From a virus (Duplodnaviria; Caudoviricetes): a stretch of DNA of 54,200 bases. The translations under genes were made by a program, and so were the position numbers. The stretch is taken from the IMG/VR virus record IMGVR_UViG_3300036844_000041, positions 1 through 54,200 of that record, one strand, 5' to 3'. Each line of letters begins with the position of its first letter. The stretch's first letter is position 1. The notes beneath the pieces are model-generated. The model made no database searches. It was not told where the DNA came from and was given only the letters and a program-made list of their open reading frames with translations. Shown piece by piece: positions 37,142-46,726 of this stretch.

Positions 37142-39328
37142 CTAAGCCAGGCTGGGGAGATCGCCCGAGCGGCGCATCTTCATGAGCTGGGTTCCGAGGC
37201 CGGCATTCAGAATCTTGTCGAGCAGGACCCGGCCCGACGTGTCCTCGACGATCAGCCTGTGGACTGTCTGACCGCCGCCACCAGACAACATCGATGCCGT
37301 CTGCGCGGCGGTCCACACGTGTCCGCTGCGGTTTGGCGTGATGAGTTCTGGGCCATCCTCGCCCACGATGTACGGCCGTCCGGCCTGGACCGGTCCGCCG
37401 TGCGCTCGGCCGCCGATGCCGGACTGGAAGTCGTTCGAGATGCCGAGCGCGCGGCCCTTTTCCCTATACCGCACGGTGACGTTGATCTCTTCGTCGTCGA
37501 TGCCGTCCAGGGCGCCGTTGACGCGGTCCCGGAATGATTCGAAATCCTTCACCGCCTTGTCGAGCTTCGGGCCGATCCCCGGCAGCCACCCGAAAGCAAT
37601 CTGCGCGGCGCCCAGAATCGCCCCGAAAACCGCCGAGGCGATGTCCCACATCATCTTGAAACCTTTGCCGACGATGGTCATCGTATCCGCCACGTTACGG
37701 AAGTAGTCAACGAGCGCGAGGAGCACGCCGCCCGCCAGCGCGCCGAGTGCCGAGAGTACTGGCTTTCCGACGCCGTCCCACCATGCCTTGATGATGGGAC
37801 CCCACTCATCCCATGCCTCCTTCAGGCTGTCGACGAGGCCCTTCCACTTTTCGCGCAGTCCGCCGTTGTCGATGACCTCGCGGAAGCTGTCGACGAATCC
37901 CTTCCAGCCCTCGCGGATCGACTGAAAGATCCCCTTGACGTGCTGGTCCTGGGCGATCTTCTTGAATGCGTCGCCGGTGCCGCCGACGGATTTCTTCAGC
38001 CCGTCCCAGTTGTTGATCGCGAGCGAGGCGCCGCCGGCGAGCACCGCGAAGACGTTCCCGGTCGCGGCGCCGACCACAATGGCCAGCCCGGCGATGACGT
38101 TGCTGAAGGCTTTGACTTTGCCTTCATTGTCAGCCATCCACGAGCCGACGTCTTTGAGGACGTTGAAGACGTCTTTGGCTTTCTGTCCCCAGCCGCCGAG
38201 TGATTTCATGGCCCCGTCGATGTCTGATCCGTCGATGCTGTCGAGCCATTTGATGGTGGACTCGGCGAGCTTGGCCAGGGCGTCGGCGGCGCCGGTGATG
38301 GCGCGTGGCCCTACCCGCTTGACCAGCTCGCCGAAGCTGATGGCGAGCCGCGCGACCCGGCCGTCGAGCTTGTCGGTGGCTGCGGCGGTCGCCTCGGTGA
38401 TGTCGCGGATCATCTGCTGCCCGGACGCCGAGTTGATCCACTTGCCGACGACGCGCAGGACGGTGTTCATATCCCCCGCGATGTCTTGCATGGCCTTGGA
38501 GATGGCCGGGAAGTTGACTCTGACGAATTCCTTGCTGAGGTCCCGGAGACCCTTCGAGGCGATTTGGCCGATCTTGTCTTGGATTCCGGTGAAGGCTTCG
38601 GCGATCGGGCTGAGCTCCTTGCCGATGGCTGGGCCTGCCATCTTCGCCGTGCCGACCACGAGCGCGAACCCGGCGGCCAGCGCGGGCAGCGTCGCGGCGA
38701 GCGGCGCCAGCCCAGCTACGGCTTTGCCTGCGACTACGGCGGCCTTGCCGAAGGCGACCATCCCGGAGACGGCTGGACCGGCGAGCGAGGCCAGACCTGC
38801 TGCCGCAGCCCCGGCGCCTCCGACCACGCGTGCCCCGCCAAGCCCGGCGCCGGCGGCTGACTTCAGCCGGTCGGTGATCCGGGACATCTGCCGGTCGTGT
38901 TCGTCAGCTGCTGCCTTCGCGGCGGCGGCGAGTTGTTTCGCGGCCCGCTGGGCGCTTTTGACCGCCTCGCTGCGCCGCCGCTGGTCGTCCTTCGCGCGGC
39001 GCTGCGCTGCCCGGTCCGCTTCATCGAGGGCGTCCTCAATGTCGCCGACGAGCGCCTTCCGTGCGGTCACCGCGGTGGCGATCTCGGCGGTCGCCGCCTT
39101 CAGCTTCTGGCCAACGGCGGCGTCGCCGGTGCGGGCGAACTCGGCGGCGAGTTCGCGTTGCGTGCCGCGGAGCTCGTCGAGCTTGGTGTCCAGTTTCGCG
39201 GCGTCGCGGCCGAGCTCCGTGAACTCGCCGCCGAGCCGGTCGGTGGCCTTGCCTAGCCGGTCGAGATCCCGGGCGCCTTCGGTGGCGCCGACGATCGCGA
39301 CGCGGATCCGTTCCTCGCGGGTGGCCAC
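37142..39328 (-). CDS. Tape measure protein
   Basis: Ala/Gly-rich helical protein with Trp/Phe periodicity; C-terminal GRAHGGPV.AGRPYIVGEDGPEL. Confidence 0.92.
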   Translation of the reverse strand: MATREERIRVAIVGATEGARDLDRLGKATDRLGGEFTELGRDAAKLDTKLDELRGTQRELAAEFARTGDAAVGQKLKAATAEIATAVTARKALVGDIEDALDEADRAAQRRAKDDQRRRSEAVKSAQRAAKQLAAAAKAAADEHDRQMSRITDRLKSAAGAGLGGARVVGGAGAAAAGLASLAGPAVSGMVAFGKAAVVAGKAVAGLAPLAATLPALAAGFALVVGTAKMAGPAIGKELSPIAEAFTGIQDKIGQIASKGLRDLSKEFVRVNFPAISKAMQDIAGDMNTVLRVVGKWINSASGQQMIRDITEATAAATDKLDGRVARLAISFGELVKRVGPRAITGAADALAKLAESTIKWLDSIDGSDIDGAMKSLGGWGQKAKDVFNVLKDVGSWMADNEGKVKAFSNVIAGLAIVVGAATGNVFAVLAGGASLAINNWDGLKKSVGGTGDAFKKIAQDQHVKGIFQSIREGWKGFVDSFREVIDNGGLREKWKGLVDSLKEAWDEWGPIIKAWWDGVGKPVLSALGALAGGVLLALVDYFRNVADTMTIVGKGFKMMWDIASAVFGAILGAAQIAFGWLPGIGPKLDKAVKDFESFRDRVNGALDGIDDEEINVTVRYREKGRALGISNDFQSGIGGRAHGGPVQAGRPYIVGEDGPELITPNRSGHVWTAAQTASMLSGGGGQTVHRLIVEDTSGRVLLDKILNAGLGTQLMKMRRSGDLPSLA

Positions 39329-39331
39329 CGG

Positions 39332-39801
39332 TCACCCCCCGGACTTGTCCGCTTTGTCTTCGATCCAGTCGGTGAGCACATCGAACTGTTGCCAGGTGAG
39401 GTTTTCCACGTCGTCGGGCTTCAGTCCGTACCAGTGACAGAGGGCCGGCATCCACGCCCACATCAGGGATTCGACGTCGTCTCCCCAGAGGCGTCGTCTT
39501 TTCCCGCTTCAGCGTCCTCGGCGATTTCTGGTTCGTCGCCGATGATCTGAATTGGCTCGTACAGGTCGAAGGTGTCCCACGGTGGACGTTTCCCGAGCGC
39601 CCGACCGATCGCGAGCCAGGCGACGCCTGCGAGGACTTCGAGGTCCTCCGCCTCCAGGGCTTCGCCGATGTCGGCAGGGTGGGTGTCGGTGGCTTTCTGT
39701 AGGGCGGCGGCTTCGCGGATGCCGATGCGGTCGAAGTCGAATGGGATCTCTTCGGGTATGCCGAGTCGTTCGGCATCTGAGGCGCCGAGGCGGATTTTCA
39801 T
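39332..39801 (-). CDS. Tail assembly chaperone pair G (39463-39801) / GT via -1 frameshift
   Basis: Slippery GGGAAAA at 39499-39505; the -1 frame reads RRRLWGDDVESLMWAWMPALCHWYGLKPDDVENLTWQQF... to the stop at 39332. Confidence 0.85.
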
Positions 39802-39823
39802 GAGGGGTTTTACTCCTGAGGGC

Positions 39824-40357
39824 TTATCGTCCGGCCATGATCCGGGCGGTGCGGTCGAGTGCCCGACCGGCCGCCTTCTGTGCGCCATCGAGTAGCTGGC
39901 GGGCTCGTGTCCAGGCGTTGGGCATGTTCTGGCCGACGCCGCCGCGCCACGATCCGTCTCGCGTCTTGCCCATGATCGGGTGGCGGAGCCGCGTCTTCTG
40001 CCCCGCGATGTAAGCGACCAGCGCACGCACCCGGATCGCGACTTTGTTGGGGCTGAAGATGACGTCGGCTCGCGGGTTGCCGGCCGATGTGCTGACGTTC
40101 CATGACAGTCCACGTAGGACTGGTTTGCGGACGTGGTTGCCGGCGCCGATTCCTTGGGGGAATCGCTTCTTCGCGCCGCGGACCGGGCGGCCTCGCATGT
40201 CGCCGGTTTCGACGGCCGACTCGACGGCCTTGTAGACGACCTTTGTCGACTTCCGCAGTTCCGCAGCCAACTCGCGGCGATAGTTTCCGCCAGCGCGCTT
40301 GAGGTCCCGGGCCGCGGCGCCGATACGATTCGGCTTCGACACCTCGGCCCGGAACAC
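39824..40357 (-). CDS. HK97 gp10-like tail completion protein
   Basis: Basic protein with ARDLKRAG..RRELAAELRK and RLRHPIMG motifs; in the tail module. Confidence 0.6.
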   Translation of the reverse strand: MFRAEVSKPNRIGAAARDLKRAGGNYRRELAAELRKSTKVVYKAVESAVETGDMRGRPVRGAKKRFPQGIGAGNHVRKPVLRGLSWNVSTSAGNPRADVIFSPNKVAIRVRALVAYIAGQKTRLRHPIMGKTRDGSWRGGVGQNMPNAWTRARQLLDGAQKAAGRALDRTARIMAGR

Positions 40358-40758
40358 TAGCCGACCTTGGCGATCGTCGACGCGGCGTTCCAGCTGCACG
40401 ACCCTTCGATCGCGCCGTCGACCGAGCCGGACACGGAGAAGTCGGGGAGGATGGTGCCCCACCAGTACTGGGAGGCCGCGTTGACGATGTCCGGGTACAG
40501 GTAGAACTTCCGGGCGATGCCGTCGACGGCGGCGGTGTACGTCTGCACGGTCGCGTCGTCGTACCAGAACGTGAACGTGCCGGAGGCGTCCGGCAGGCCG
40601 GCGACGTAGATCTTGTTCGAGTCGCCGTAGGCGGTGACGTCGATCTTCTCGGTGCCGTTGTTCATCTCGAAGCTCTTGACGAACGCGACGGGTTCGGCGG
40701 TGCCGCCGCTGGTGAGGTTCATGTAGACCCGGGTGTTCCGGCCGTGCCTGCGCGCCAC
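40357..40758 (-). CDS. Major tail (tube) protein
   Basis: RHGRN..VY ... IDVTAYGDSNKIYVAGLPDASGTF ... FYLYPD; upstream of chaperones and TMP. Confidence 0.75.
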   Translation of the reverse strand: MARRHGRNTRVYMNLTSGGTAEPVAFVKSFEMNNGTEKIDVTAYGDSNKIYVAGLPDASGTFTFWYDDATVQTYTAAVDGIARKFYLYPDIVNAASQYWWGTILPDFSVSGSVDGAIEGSCSWNAASTIAKVG

Positions 40759-40761
40759 GGT

Positions 40762-41784
40762 TCACTTCCTTTCGAGAAGCCGCAGGAGCGCGGCGGCGTT
40801 GGTGTCGAACGTGCGATGGGCCACGGCTTCCCGGGCTTTCATCGCGGCTTCGGCGCGCTGGTCGGGGCGGTTGAGCCACCAGCGCAGTTGCTCGGACGCC
40901 TCTTCCGGCGAATGGAAGACGGGCAGCATCGGGAACAGCTCGTCGCCCTCGGGCCGCGGGTCGCGGAGGAAGAACGCGCCGATCGCGGCCATCTCGATTT
41001 CGCGGGGGCCGACCGCCCAGCCGGCCGACAGCTCCGGTCGTTCGGACTCGCGGCGGTAGAGGTTCATCCCGACCGCGGCCGAGCGGTAAATGTCGACGGC
41101 GGCGGTGTTGTCGACGCACTCGTCGAGCCCAGTCGCGACGTGCCCTCGCAGCGGCGAGGTGTCGTCGAGCTGCTGCCAGTTGCCGGCGAGGAGCACGTCC
41201 AGGTCAGTGAGGTCCATCGCCTCCAGGAACGCGACCCGGGACGGGTAGCCGGTGCCGACGAACGCGAAGTCGGCGGCGAGTTCCGCGACGGCCGGGCCGG
41301 GTGTGTGGACGGTGGGCCGGTAGCAGTGCGGGGCGTGGACCGCGGTGCACACCTCGCGGAAGTCCACCAGGTTGATCGGGTCGGTCAGGAGCGCGACGTC
41401 GCAGTGGCTGGCCAAGGCGAGTTCGCGGCTGTGCTCGTAGGGCTGCTCGGTGAGCAGCGCTACGACCTTGACGCCGTCACGCCGGGCCACGTCGAGCAGC
41501 CGGGCGTCCAGGAAGAAACCGGAAGTCAGGAACAGCGCGTCGGGCCGCACTTTGTACAGAGCGCCGGCGAGCCGGTCGGTGGCGAGCTGGGTTGCCTGCT
41601 CGCCGGAGAGCGCCTTGCGGAACTCGCCGCCGACCGGGACGTGGGCGTGGTCGTAGAACGACAGCAGGTCACCGAGCGGGAACTCGACCACCAGTTCGCC
41701 GAGACCGCACAAGGCTTCGACGTAACCGACGTGGCAGTCCTGCACGGAGTAGCCGGGGCCTGGCGCGGCGGCGAGCCACCTCAC
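40762..41784 (-). CDS. CgeB-like GT-B glycosyltransferase
   Basis: DFAFVGTGYPSRV ... YRSAAVGMNLYR ... GPREIEMAAIGAF.L.D.R ... HRTF. Confidence 0.85.
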   Translation of the reverse strand: MRWLAAAPGPGYSVQDCHVGYVEALCGLGELVVEFPLGDLLSFYDHAHVPVGGEFRKALSGEQATQLATDRLAGALYKVRPDALFLTSGFFLDARLLDVARRDGVKVVALLTEQPYEHSRELALASHCDVALLTDPINLVDFREVCTAVHAPHCYRPTVHTPGPAVAELAADFAFVGTGYPSRVAFLEAMDLTDLDVLLAGNWQQLDDTSPLRGHVATGLDECVDNTAAVDIYRSAAVGMNLYRRESERPELSAGWAVGPREIEMAAIGAFFLRDPRPEGDELFPMLPVFHSPEEASEQLRWWLNRPDQRAEAAMKAREAVAHRTFDTNAAALLRLLERK

Positions 41785-42203
41785 GGCACCATCACCTCGA
41801 CCTCGAACTCGACGCCGGCGTACTCCGCGGCGCCGTCGCCGGTAGGCACGCTGATGCCGGTCATGCCGCTGTCGGAGACCACGCGTACGTCGGAGGCGAC
41901 GTTCGCGATGGCGCCTTCGATCGCGTCGGGCACGGACGTGGCGCCGGTCCGCTCGCAAAAACCGTTGACCTTGTCGACGGCTTTGCGGTCGGGCGCGCGG
42001 CCGACCAGCAGCGTGACTGTGAATCGGCGGAGCGCGGTGCCGCTGTACGAGTCGTTGTAGGTGGTGCCGGCGTACGACACCACGGCGCCGGTCGCGTTCC
42101 CGGTGACGTCGAGGGCGCCGGGAAGCTCGTCGGACACCCGGATCCCGGAGACCGCGGCGAGGCGGGTCTCGAGCGCGGAGCGGATGTCGCCGATCTCACT
42201 CAT
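41781..42203 (-). CDS. Tail terminator / head-tail joining protein
   Basis: 140 aa, IRSALETRL...FEVEV; position in the neck module. Confidence 0.6.
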   Translation of the reverse strand: MSEIGDIRSALETRLAAVSGIRVSDELPGALDVTGNATGAVVSYAGTTYNDSYSGTALRRFTVTLLVGRAPDRKAVDKVNGFCERTGATSVPDAIEGAIANVASDVRVVSDSGMTGISVPTGDGAAEYAGVEFEVEVMVP

Positions 42204-43117
42204 GCGATCAGGACCGGATGGAGTTGGTACGGGGCGAGCATCTGCATCGCCGGCCCGCTCACCCTGGCGCGGATCGCGCCGTAGTCGCCGTAGCCGATGG
42301 TGCCCCACTTCATCCCGGGCAGCTGCGCGAAGTCGGTGCAGATGATGCGGGCGGCTTCGGAGACTGGTTCGGGCACAGCCGGCCACCCCCACACCCCGGC
42401 GATCTGGACGCGTTCCCTACGGGTGTTCCCGGCCCACTGGTAGAGGGTGGGGAAGGTGAGTGACCCGACGGCCTGGACGGAGGTGTATGGCTCGGCTTCG
42501 AGTTCGTTGGGCGCGTCGATCGGTCGGAGCTGGTAGTCGGCGGTGGTCCAGGTGGTTTCGAATGTGCCGTCGCCGGACTCATCGGTCTTCAGTGTGGCGA
42601 CGGACACGAGGGGTGGAGTCTCCAGGCAGTAGGGGTTGCTGGCCTGGAAGTGTCGGGTCATGGTGTGCCGGTAGAAGTGACCCTGGCCGCCGAAGCAGTG
42701 CTGGTCGATCCACCGGGAGATGGCGCGGCAGACACCGAGGATTTCCCGGTCGTCGAGGCTGTCGGTGATCCCGGCCCGGGATTTCAGCGCTTCGGGGGTG
42801 CAGTACAGGGACTGGTGTTCGGTGGGCTGCGTGTCCCAGCTGGCGACGGTGGTGTCAACGGCGGCGCCGGTGCCGGTCCACACCGCTTGCCAGGTGCCTT
42901 TGACGCTGTCCGAGCAGGAGACGTCGACGGTGTAGACGCCGGTCCCGGACCGGGTGAGCGTGGCCGGGGTTGGGTAGTTGTAGGTGGTTGCCGTCCCGGA
43001 CGGAGAGGTGACGACGAGAACGACCGCGGTCGGGTCGGTAGCAACCCCGGCGACGGAGAATGTGTTCGTGACCGTGGCCAGTTCGCTGACCGCGTTGTAG
43101 AAGACGGTGGCGGACAA
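42200..43117 (-). CDS. Head-tail adaptor (gp6/gp15-like) with N-terminal Ig-like beta domain
   Basis: C-terminal YCTPEALK...SRWIDQHC...GVWGWPAVPEPV; N-terminal DPT.V.L.V.SP.G ... GTGVY...GTW..W. Confidence 0.75.
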   Translation of the reverse strand: MSATVFYNAVSELATVTNTFSVAGVATDPTAVVLVVTSPSGTATTYNYPTPATLTRSGTGVYTVDVSCSDSVKGTWQAVWTGTGAAVDTTVASWDTQPTEHQSLYCTPEALKSRAGITDSLDDREILGVCRAISRWIDQHCFGGQGHFYRHTMTRHFQASNPYCLETPPLVSVATLKTDESGDGTFETTWTTADYQLRPIDAPNELEAEPYTSVQAVGSLTFPTLYQWAGNTRRERVQIAGVWGWPAVPEPVSEAARIICTDFAQLPGMKWGTIGYGDYGAIRARVSGPAMQMLAPYQLHPVLIA

Positions 43118-43121
43118 GGTC

Positions 43122-43997
43122 TCAACCTCCCGTCACGGTCGGGGCCGAGGTGCGGCGGGCGGTCACCGTCGCGGTCGATGTCCGGCCGGCGCCGACGGTG
43201 GCAGCCGAGGTGGCGGGGACGTTGGGTTGCGCACCGGCGATGGTGGCGGTCAGCGGTCCCAGGGCGGCGGCGCCGGCGCCGTATACGGTCCGCTGCCCGG
43301 CGGCGGCCGCGGTGAGCGGACCGAGGTCGGCGGTGAGTACCCCGTTGATGGTTCGCTGCCCGACGATGGTTGCGGTCAGGTCGCCGAGTGCGACGGCGAG
43401 CGTCCCGGCGACCCGCCGGGTGCCGGTGATGGTCGCGGTGAGCGGGCCGAGGTCGGCGGCGGCGGCGCCGAACACCTCGGCGGCGGAGGCGATGACGACG
43501 TCAGCGAAGTAGCAGGCGCCGGACCCGTTGGTGTTCGGGAACGTCGGGCTGGCGTTGACGGCCAACCGTCCATTGCGGACGTTCCCGCCGCCGGACGGAA
43601 CTTCGGTGTTGTCCTGGATCGCGGTGATGATCCCGTTGGTGACGCCCGCGCTGGTGAAAAACCCGGCGGTGGCAACGTACCTGTCTGGGGTGTGGATGCC
43701 GACGATGTACTCGATGTTCGCCGTGAGCGAGACGGGAGTATCCCAGGTGACCGTATTCCACTCGCCTGCCACCGGCGAGGAGAAAGCCTTGCTCGCCAAC
43801 AAGGTTCCCTCGGCACCGGGCTCGTCTGTCCACAGTGCTGCGGTGACGGTGCCGCCCGGCAGGGTCGCGGGGAAGTACCAGCGCGCGCCGGTGCACGATG
43901 CACCAGTGGTGACATAGAAGCTGGTGCCGAGAGTGTAGGCAGTGGCGTCGGTGGCGTCGGTGATACTGGGCGTTTGGCTGGTGAAGATGGAGACCAT
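43122..43997 (-). CDS. DUF4082-domain virion protein with C-terminal ~24-aa repeats
   Basis: YTLGTSF...GARWY ... GEWNTV...PV.L ... YFADV; four LG(P/D)LTA repeats. Confidence 0.75.
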   Translation of the reverse strand: MVSIFTSQTPSITDATDATAYTLGTSFYVTTGASCTGARWYFPATLPGGTVTAALWTDEPGAEGTLLASKAFSSPVAGEWNTVTWDTPVSLTANIEYIVGIHTPDRYVATAGFFTSAGVTNGIITAIQDNTEVPSGGGNVRNGRLAVNASPTFPNTNGSGACYFADVVIASAAEVFGAAAADLGPLTATITGTRRVAGTLAVALGDLTATIVGQRTINGVLTADLGPLTAAAAGQRTVYGAGAAALGPLTATIAGAQPNVPATSAATVGAGRTSTATVTARRTSAPTVTGG

Positions 43998-44008
43998 CGG
44001 GCCTCCAC

Positions 44009-44398
44009 TTAGGACGCGGTCGGCAGGCTGACGTCCAAATCTCCGACCGCGACGGTGAAGTCATCCCCGGCGGTGACCGCGTTCGCGGTGACGGTGCCGC
44101 TGAAGAGGAACGTTCCGTCGGACGACGCGGACCAGGCCGAGAAGTGGGTGAAGTCCTCTGTGCCGGCGACCGATGTCCAGGTGAGCGCGACCGTGTTGGA
44201 GATTGCTCCGGAGGATGCGGCGCTGCCGAAGGTCGCCTGCTTCCGGGTGGTCTCCGTCGCCGCGTTGGAGGTGCCGGCCGTGCCGGGGTTGCCGGTGTGC
44301 AGCTGGATCCACACCGCGTCCGGCTCCGACCACGTCACGGAGCGACAGAGGGCGTCGAGGACAGCGTTGGCGATGGTGGCGGACAGGTTCACAGCCAT
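44009..44398 (-). CDS. Small virion structural (fibre-like) protein
   Basis: ANAVLDA...WIQLHTGNPG.AGT.N ... THF..W.A...GTFL..G. Confidence 0.7.
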   Translation of the reverse strand: MAVNLSATIANAVLDALCRSVTWSEPDAVWIQLHTGNPGTAGTSNAATETTRKQATFGSAASSGAISNTVALTWTSVAGTEDFTHFSAWSASSDGTFLFSGTVTANAVTAGDDFTVAVGDLDVSLPTAS

Positions 44399-44436
44399 GG
44401 CCACCCCTCCTTTCCGTGAGAGATGGCCAGGGCCGT

Positions 44437-44763
44437 TTAGTCGCCGAGTTGTTCGGTAATGCGCCGGATCAGGTTCTGTACCCAGGCGACGGCCTGTTCG
44501 GCGTCGCCGTCGCCGCACAGTGCGCTGACGTGCTCGATTGCTTCGTCGGCGGTGGCGAGCCTCGAGTGATGCGCCAGCGCGTTGACGAGGGTGCCGGCGA
44601 GGTTGTACCAGCGGTCGGTTTTCGGCCGAAGCAGCGCCATGTAGAGCAGGCGTCGCGTCTCGTCGAGGTCGGTTCTGTCGATGTCGTGCACCAGTGGTCC
44701 TCCGGTGTATCTCGGGTAGGGCCAGATGGGATTGAGCGAGCGCGGCTTGAGGCTTGTCACCAT
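44437..44763 (-). CDS. Hypothetical protein
   Basis: ORF coupled to the upstream glycosyltransferase. Confidence 0.45.
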   Translation of the reverse strand: MVTSLKPRSLNPIWPYPRYTGGPLVHDIDRTDLDETRRLLYMALLRPKTDRWYNLAGTLVNALAHHSRLATADEAIEHVSALCGDGDAEQAVAWVQNLIRRITEQLGD

Positions 44764-45326
44764 CGATCGGGCCTGCCTTTCGTGGTGTCGCCGAGGTTCC
44801 AGCGCCACGTCTTGACGGGCAGGTGCCCGAAGGTTGCGCCGCGCGCGAGCATGGCGAGCCAGAGTCCCCAGTCCTCGCAGGGGTCGCCGTGCTCGTCGGG
44901 GTGGGGCTGGAATCCGCCGGCGGCGCGGACCGCGGCGGTGCGGCACAGTGTGGTCACCGGGATGTAGTTCCGGCGGGCGAGGAGCGTCGGGTCGAATGGC
45001 AGACCGAAGCAGTCGACGGGATCCGTTCCGCCGGTCACGTCGTAGCCGGGGTAGGCGACGTCCACTCCGGACAGCCGCACGTACCGGGCGAGCCTCAGGA
45101 GGTGGTCGCGGTACAGCTCGTCGTCGTCGTCGAGCCAGGCGACCCATTCGGTGTCCACCCGCTCGAGCGCGTTGTTCCGCGTGGTCGCGGCGCCGGCCCG
45201 GCCGGTGTCGACTTCGACGATGACGTCCGCCGGCGGCAGGGTTTGCGCATCCACGGAGGCGAGTGCGCGCTCGAGCAGCGCGGCCCGGGCGGGGATGGTC
45301 GGGATGACGACGGTGATCACGGTCAT
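44757..45326 (-). CDS. GT2-family glycosyltransferase
   Basis: ITVVIPTIP.R...ALASV.AQT ... GAATTRN ... WLDDDD ... GGF ... EDWGLW. Confidence 0.92.
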   Translation of the reverse strand: MTVITVVIPTIPARAALLERALASVDAQTLPPADVIVEVDTGRAGAATTRNNALERVDTEWVAWLDDDDELYRDHLLRLARYVRLSGVDVAYPGYDVTGGTDPVDCFGLPFDPTLLARRNYIPVTTLCRTAAVRAAGGFQPHPDEHGDPCEDWGLWLAMLARGATFGHLPVKTWRWNLGDTTKGRPDRW

Positions 45327-45408
45327 CGCCGCCTGCGCGCCTCGATCGAGGCGATGATGAGCGCGGCTTCCATGGCGCAATGCGCGCAGTCCACGCTCCA
45401 CGGTTCGC

Positions 45409-46119
45409 TCATGAGGGGCTCTTTTCGGGGGTGCGGGTCCGGCGCAGCAGTTTCGCCACGTCGGCCACCATCCCGGTCTGCTTCCACGCTAGGAAGGCTT
45501 CCCGGTCTGCGGCGAACCGGGCGGCGTGGTTGGTTTCCCGGTAGGACTCGTCCCAAGCCGTTTTGCCGGCGACCGGGTGCAGGTGCTCGATAACCGCGTC
45601 CGGCCGGTAGGCGATCCGGCCGGCGGCGCGACCCAACTCAAGGACGGCGTTGTCGACGTACATGTGTTCACAGGTGGGCAGCATCATCCACCCGACGGCT
45701 TGCACCGCCTCGACCGACACCATCCACGCGGTGGGAAGTTGTGCCCGTTGCAGCAGGTCGTCGCCGTAGGCGATGCCGGGTCCCGGCATGGCTTCGATTG
45801 CTGCGGCGAGCTTGCGGTCCCAGTGCGGGGTGCGTGGCCGGTGGTCGTCGCCGAGGGAGGCGAGGTAACGCGGCGGGTTGTCGGATTCGACGGCAATCCG
45901 GGCGAGGTGGTTGGTCCATCCGGACAGCGACCGCCGGGCGCCGCGGAACGCCACAACCAGGTCGGCGCCGCACGCCTGCCCGTAGTCGGCCGGGTCGTCG
46001 TTGTCGATGCCGGCCCAGACCTGCACGTCGAGTGCGCAGGTTGCCCGGACCGCGTCGACGAGTCCGGCGAAGCGGTCCGGCCGCCCGCGGGTCGGGGTGA
46101 TGATGACGAGGTCAGGCAC
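45409..46119 (-). CDS. GT-A glycosyltransferase
   Basis: IITPTRGRP ... SLGDDH.PRT..WD ... HMYVDN ... IEHLHP. Confidence 0.85.
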   Translation of the reverse strand: MPDLVIITPTRGRPDRFAGLVDAVRATCALDVQVWAGIDNDDPADYGQACGADLVVAFRGARRSLSGWTNHLARIAVESDNPPRYLASLGDDHRPRTPHWDRKLAAAIEAMPGPGIAYGDDLLQRAQLPTAWMVSVEAVQAVGWMMLPTCEHMYVDNAVLELGRAAGRIAYRPDAVIEHLHPVAGKTAWDESYRETNHAARFAADREAFLAWKQTGMVADVAKLLRRTRTPEKSPS

Positions 46120-46726
46120 GCCGCCACCAGCCCATCGGGTGGTGGGAGACGCTGTGCAGGTGTTCGATCTCCTCGTCGCGTACCCACGCCGGGTTGTCGA
46201 CGAGGCGGGACCGGACCGCGTCCAACGGGCTGCCGGGCAGCCCGGCCAGGTTGACGGCCGCAAGTGCCTGCTGGTCGGCGTGTCCGAGGATGGTGTCCTC
46301 CACCACCAGGTAGCAGCCGGGGGTGACCAGCGGGCCGTACAGGTCGATCTCGTCGGTGACGTGGTCGGCGGAGTGGTCGGAGTCCAGCGACACCATGACC
46401 CGCCGGCCGTGGACCGTGGCGGCGACCTGGGCGGCGAGGCCGCGGTGGACGGAGTCCCCGACGAGATAGGTGATCGCGGGGTGCGCCGGGGGTGATGTCT
46501 TCTGGATCAGGTCGATGGTGATGACGTCGACACCCTGTCCGGCGAACCACAGGGCCGATCCGCCGTAGCGGGTGCCGCACTCCACCACCACATCAGGCCG
46601 GGTCGCCGCGATGATCCGCGAGTACCGGTCCAGGTCAGCGGCCAGCTTGTCGACCTTCACCCCGTTGATGACCTGCCGCTGGCCCCGCTGCGCGAGCACC
46701 TCGACCGAGGTCGCGATGTCAACCAC
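46112..46726 (-). CDS. CmcI/rhamnosyl O-methyltransferase-like SAM-dependent methyltransferase
   Basis: PDVVVECGTRYGGSALWF ... GDS ... VMVSLDSDH ... PGCYLVVEDT ... HPMGWW. Confidence 0.9.
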   Translation of the reverse strand: MVDIATSVEVLAQRGQRQVINGVKVDKLAADLDRYSRIIAATRPDVVVECGTRYGGSALWFAGQGVDVITIDLIQKTSPPAHPAITYLVGDSVHRGLAAQVAATVHGRRVMVSLDSDHSADHVTDEIDLYGPLVTPGCYLVVEDTILGHADQQALAAVNLAGLPGSPLDAVRSRLVDNPAWVRDEEIEHLHSVSHHPMGWWRRA

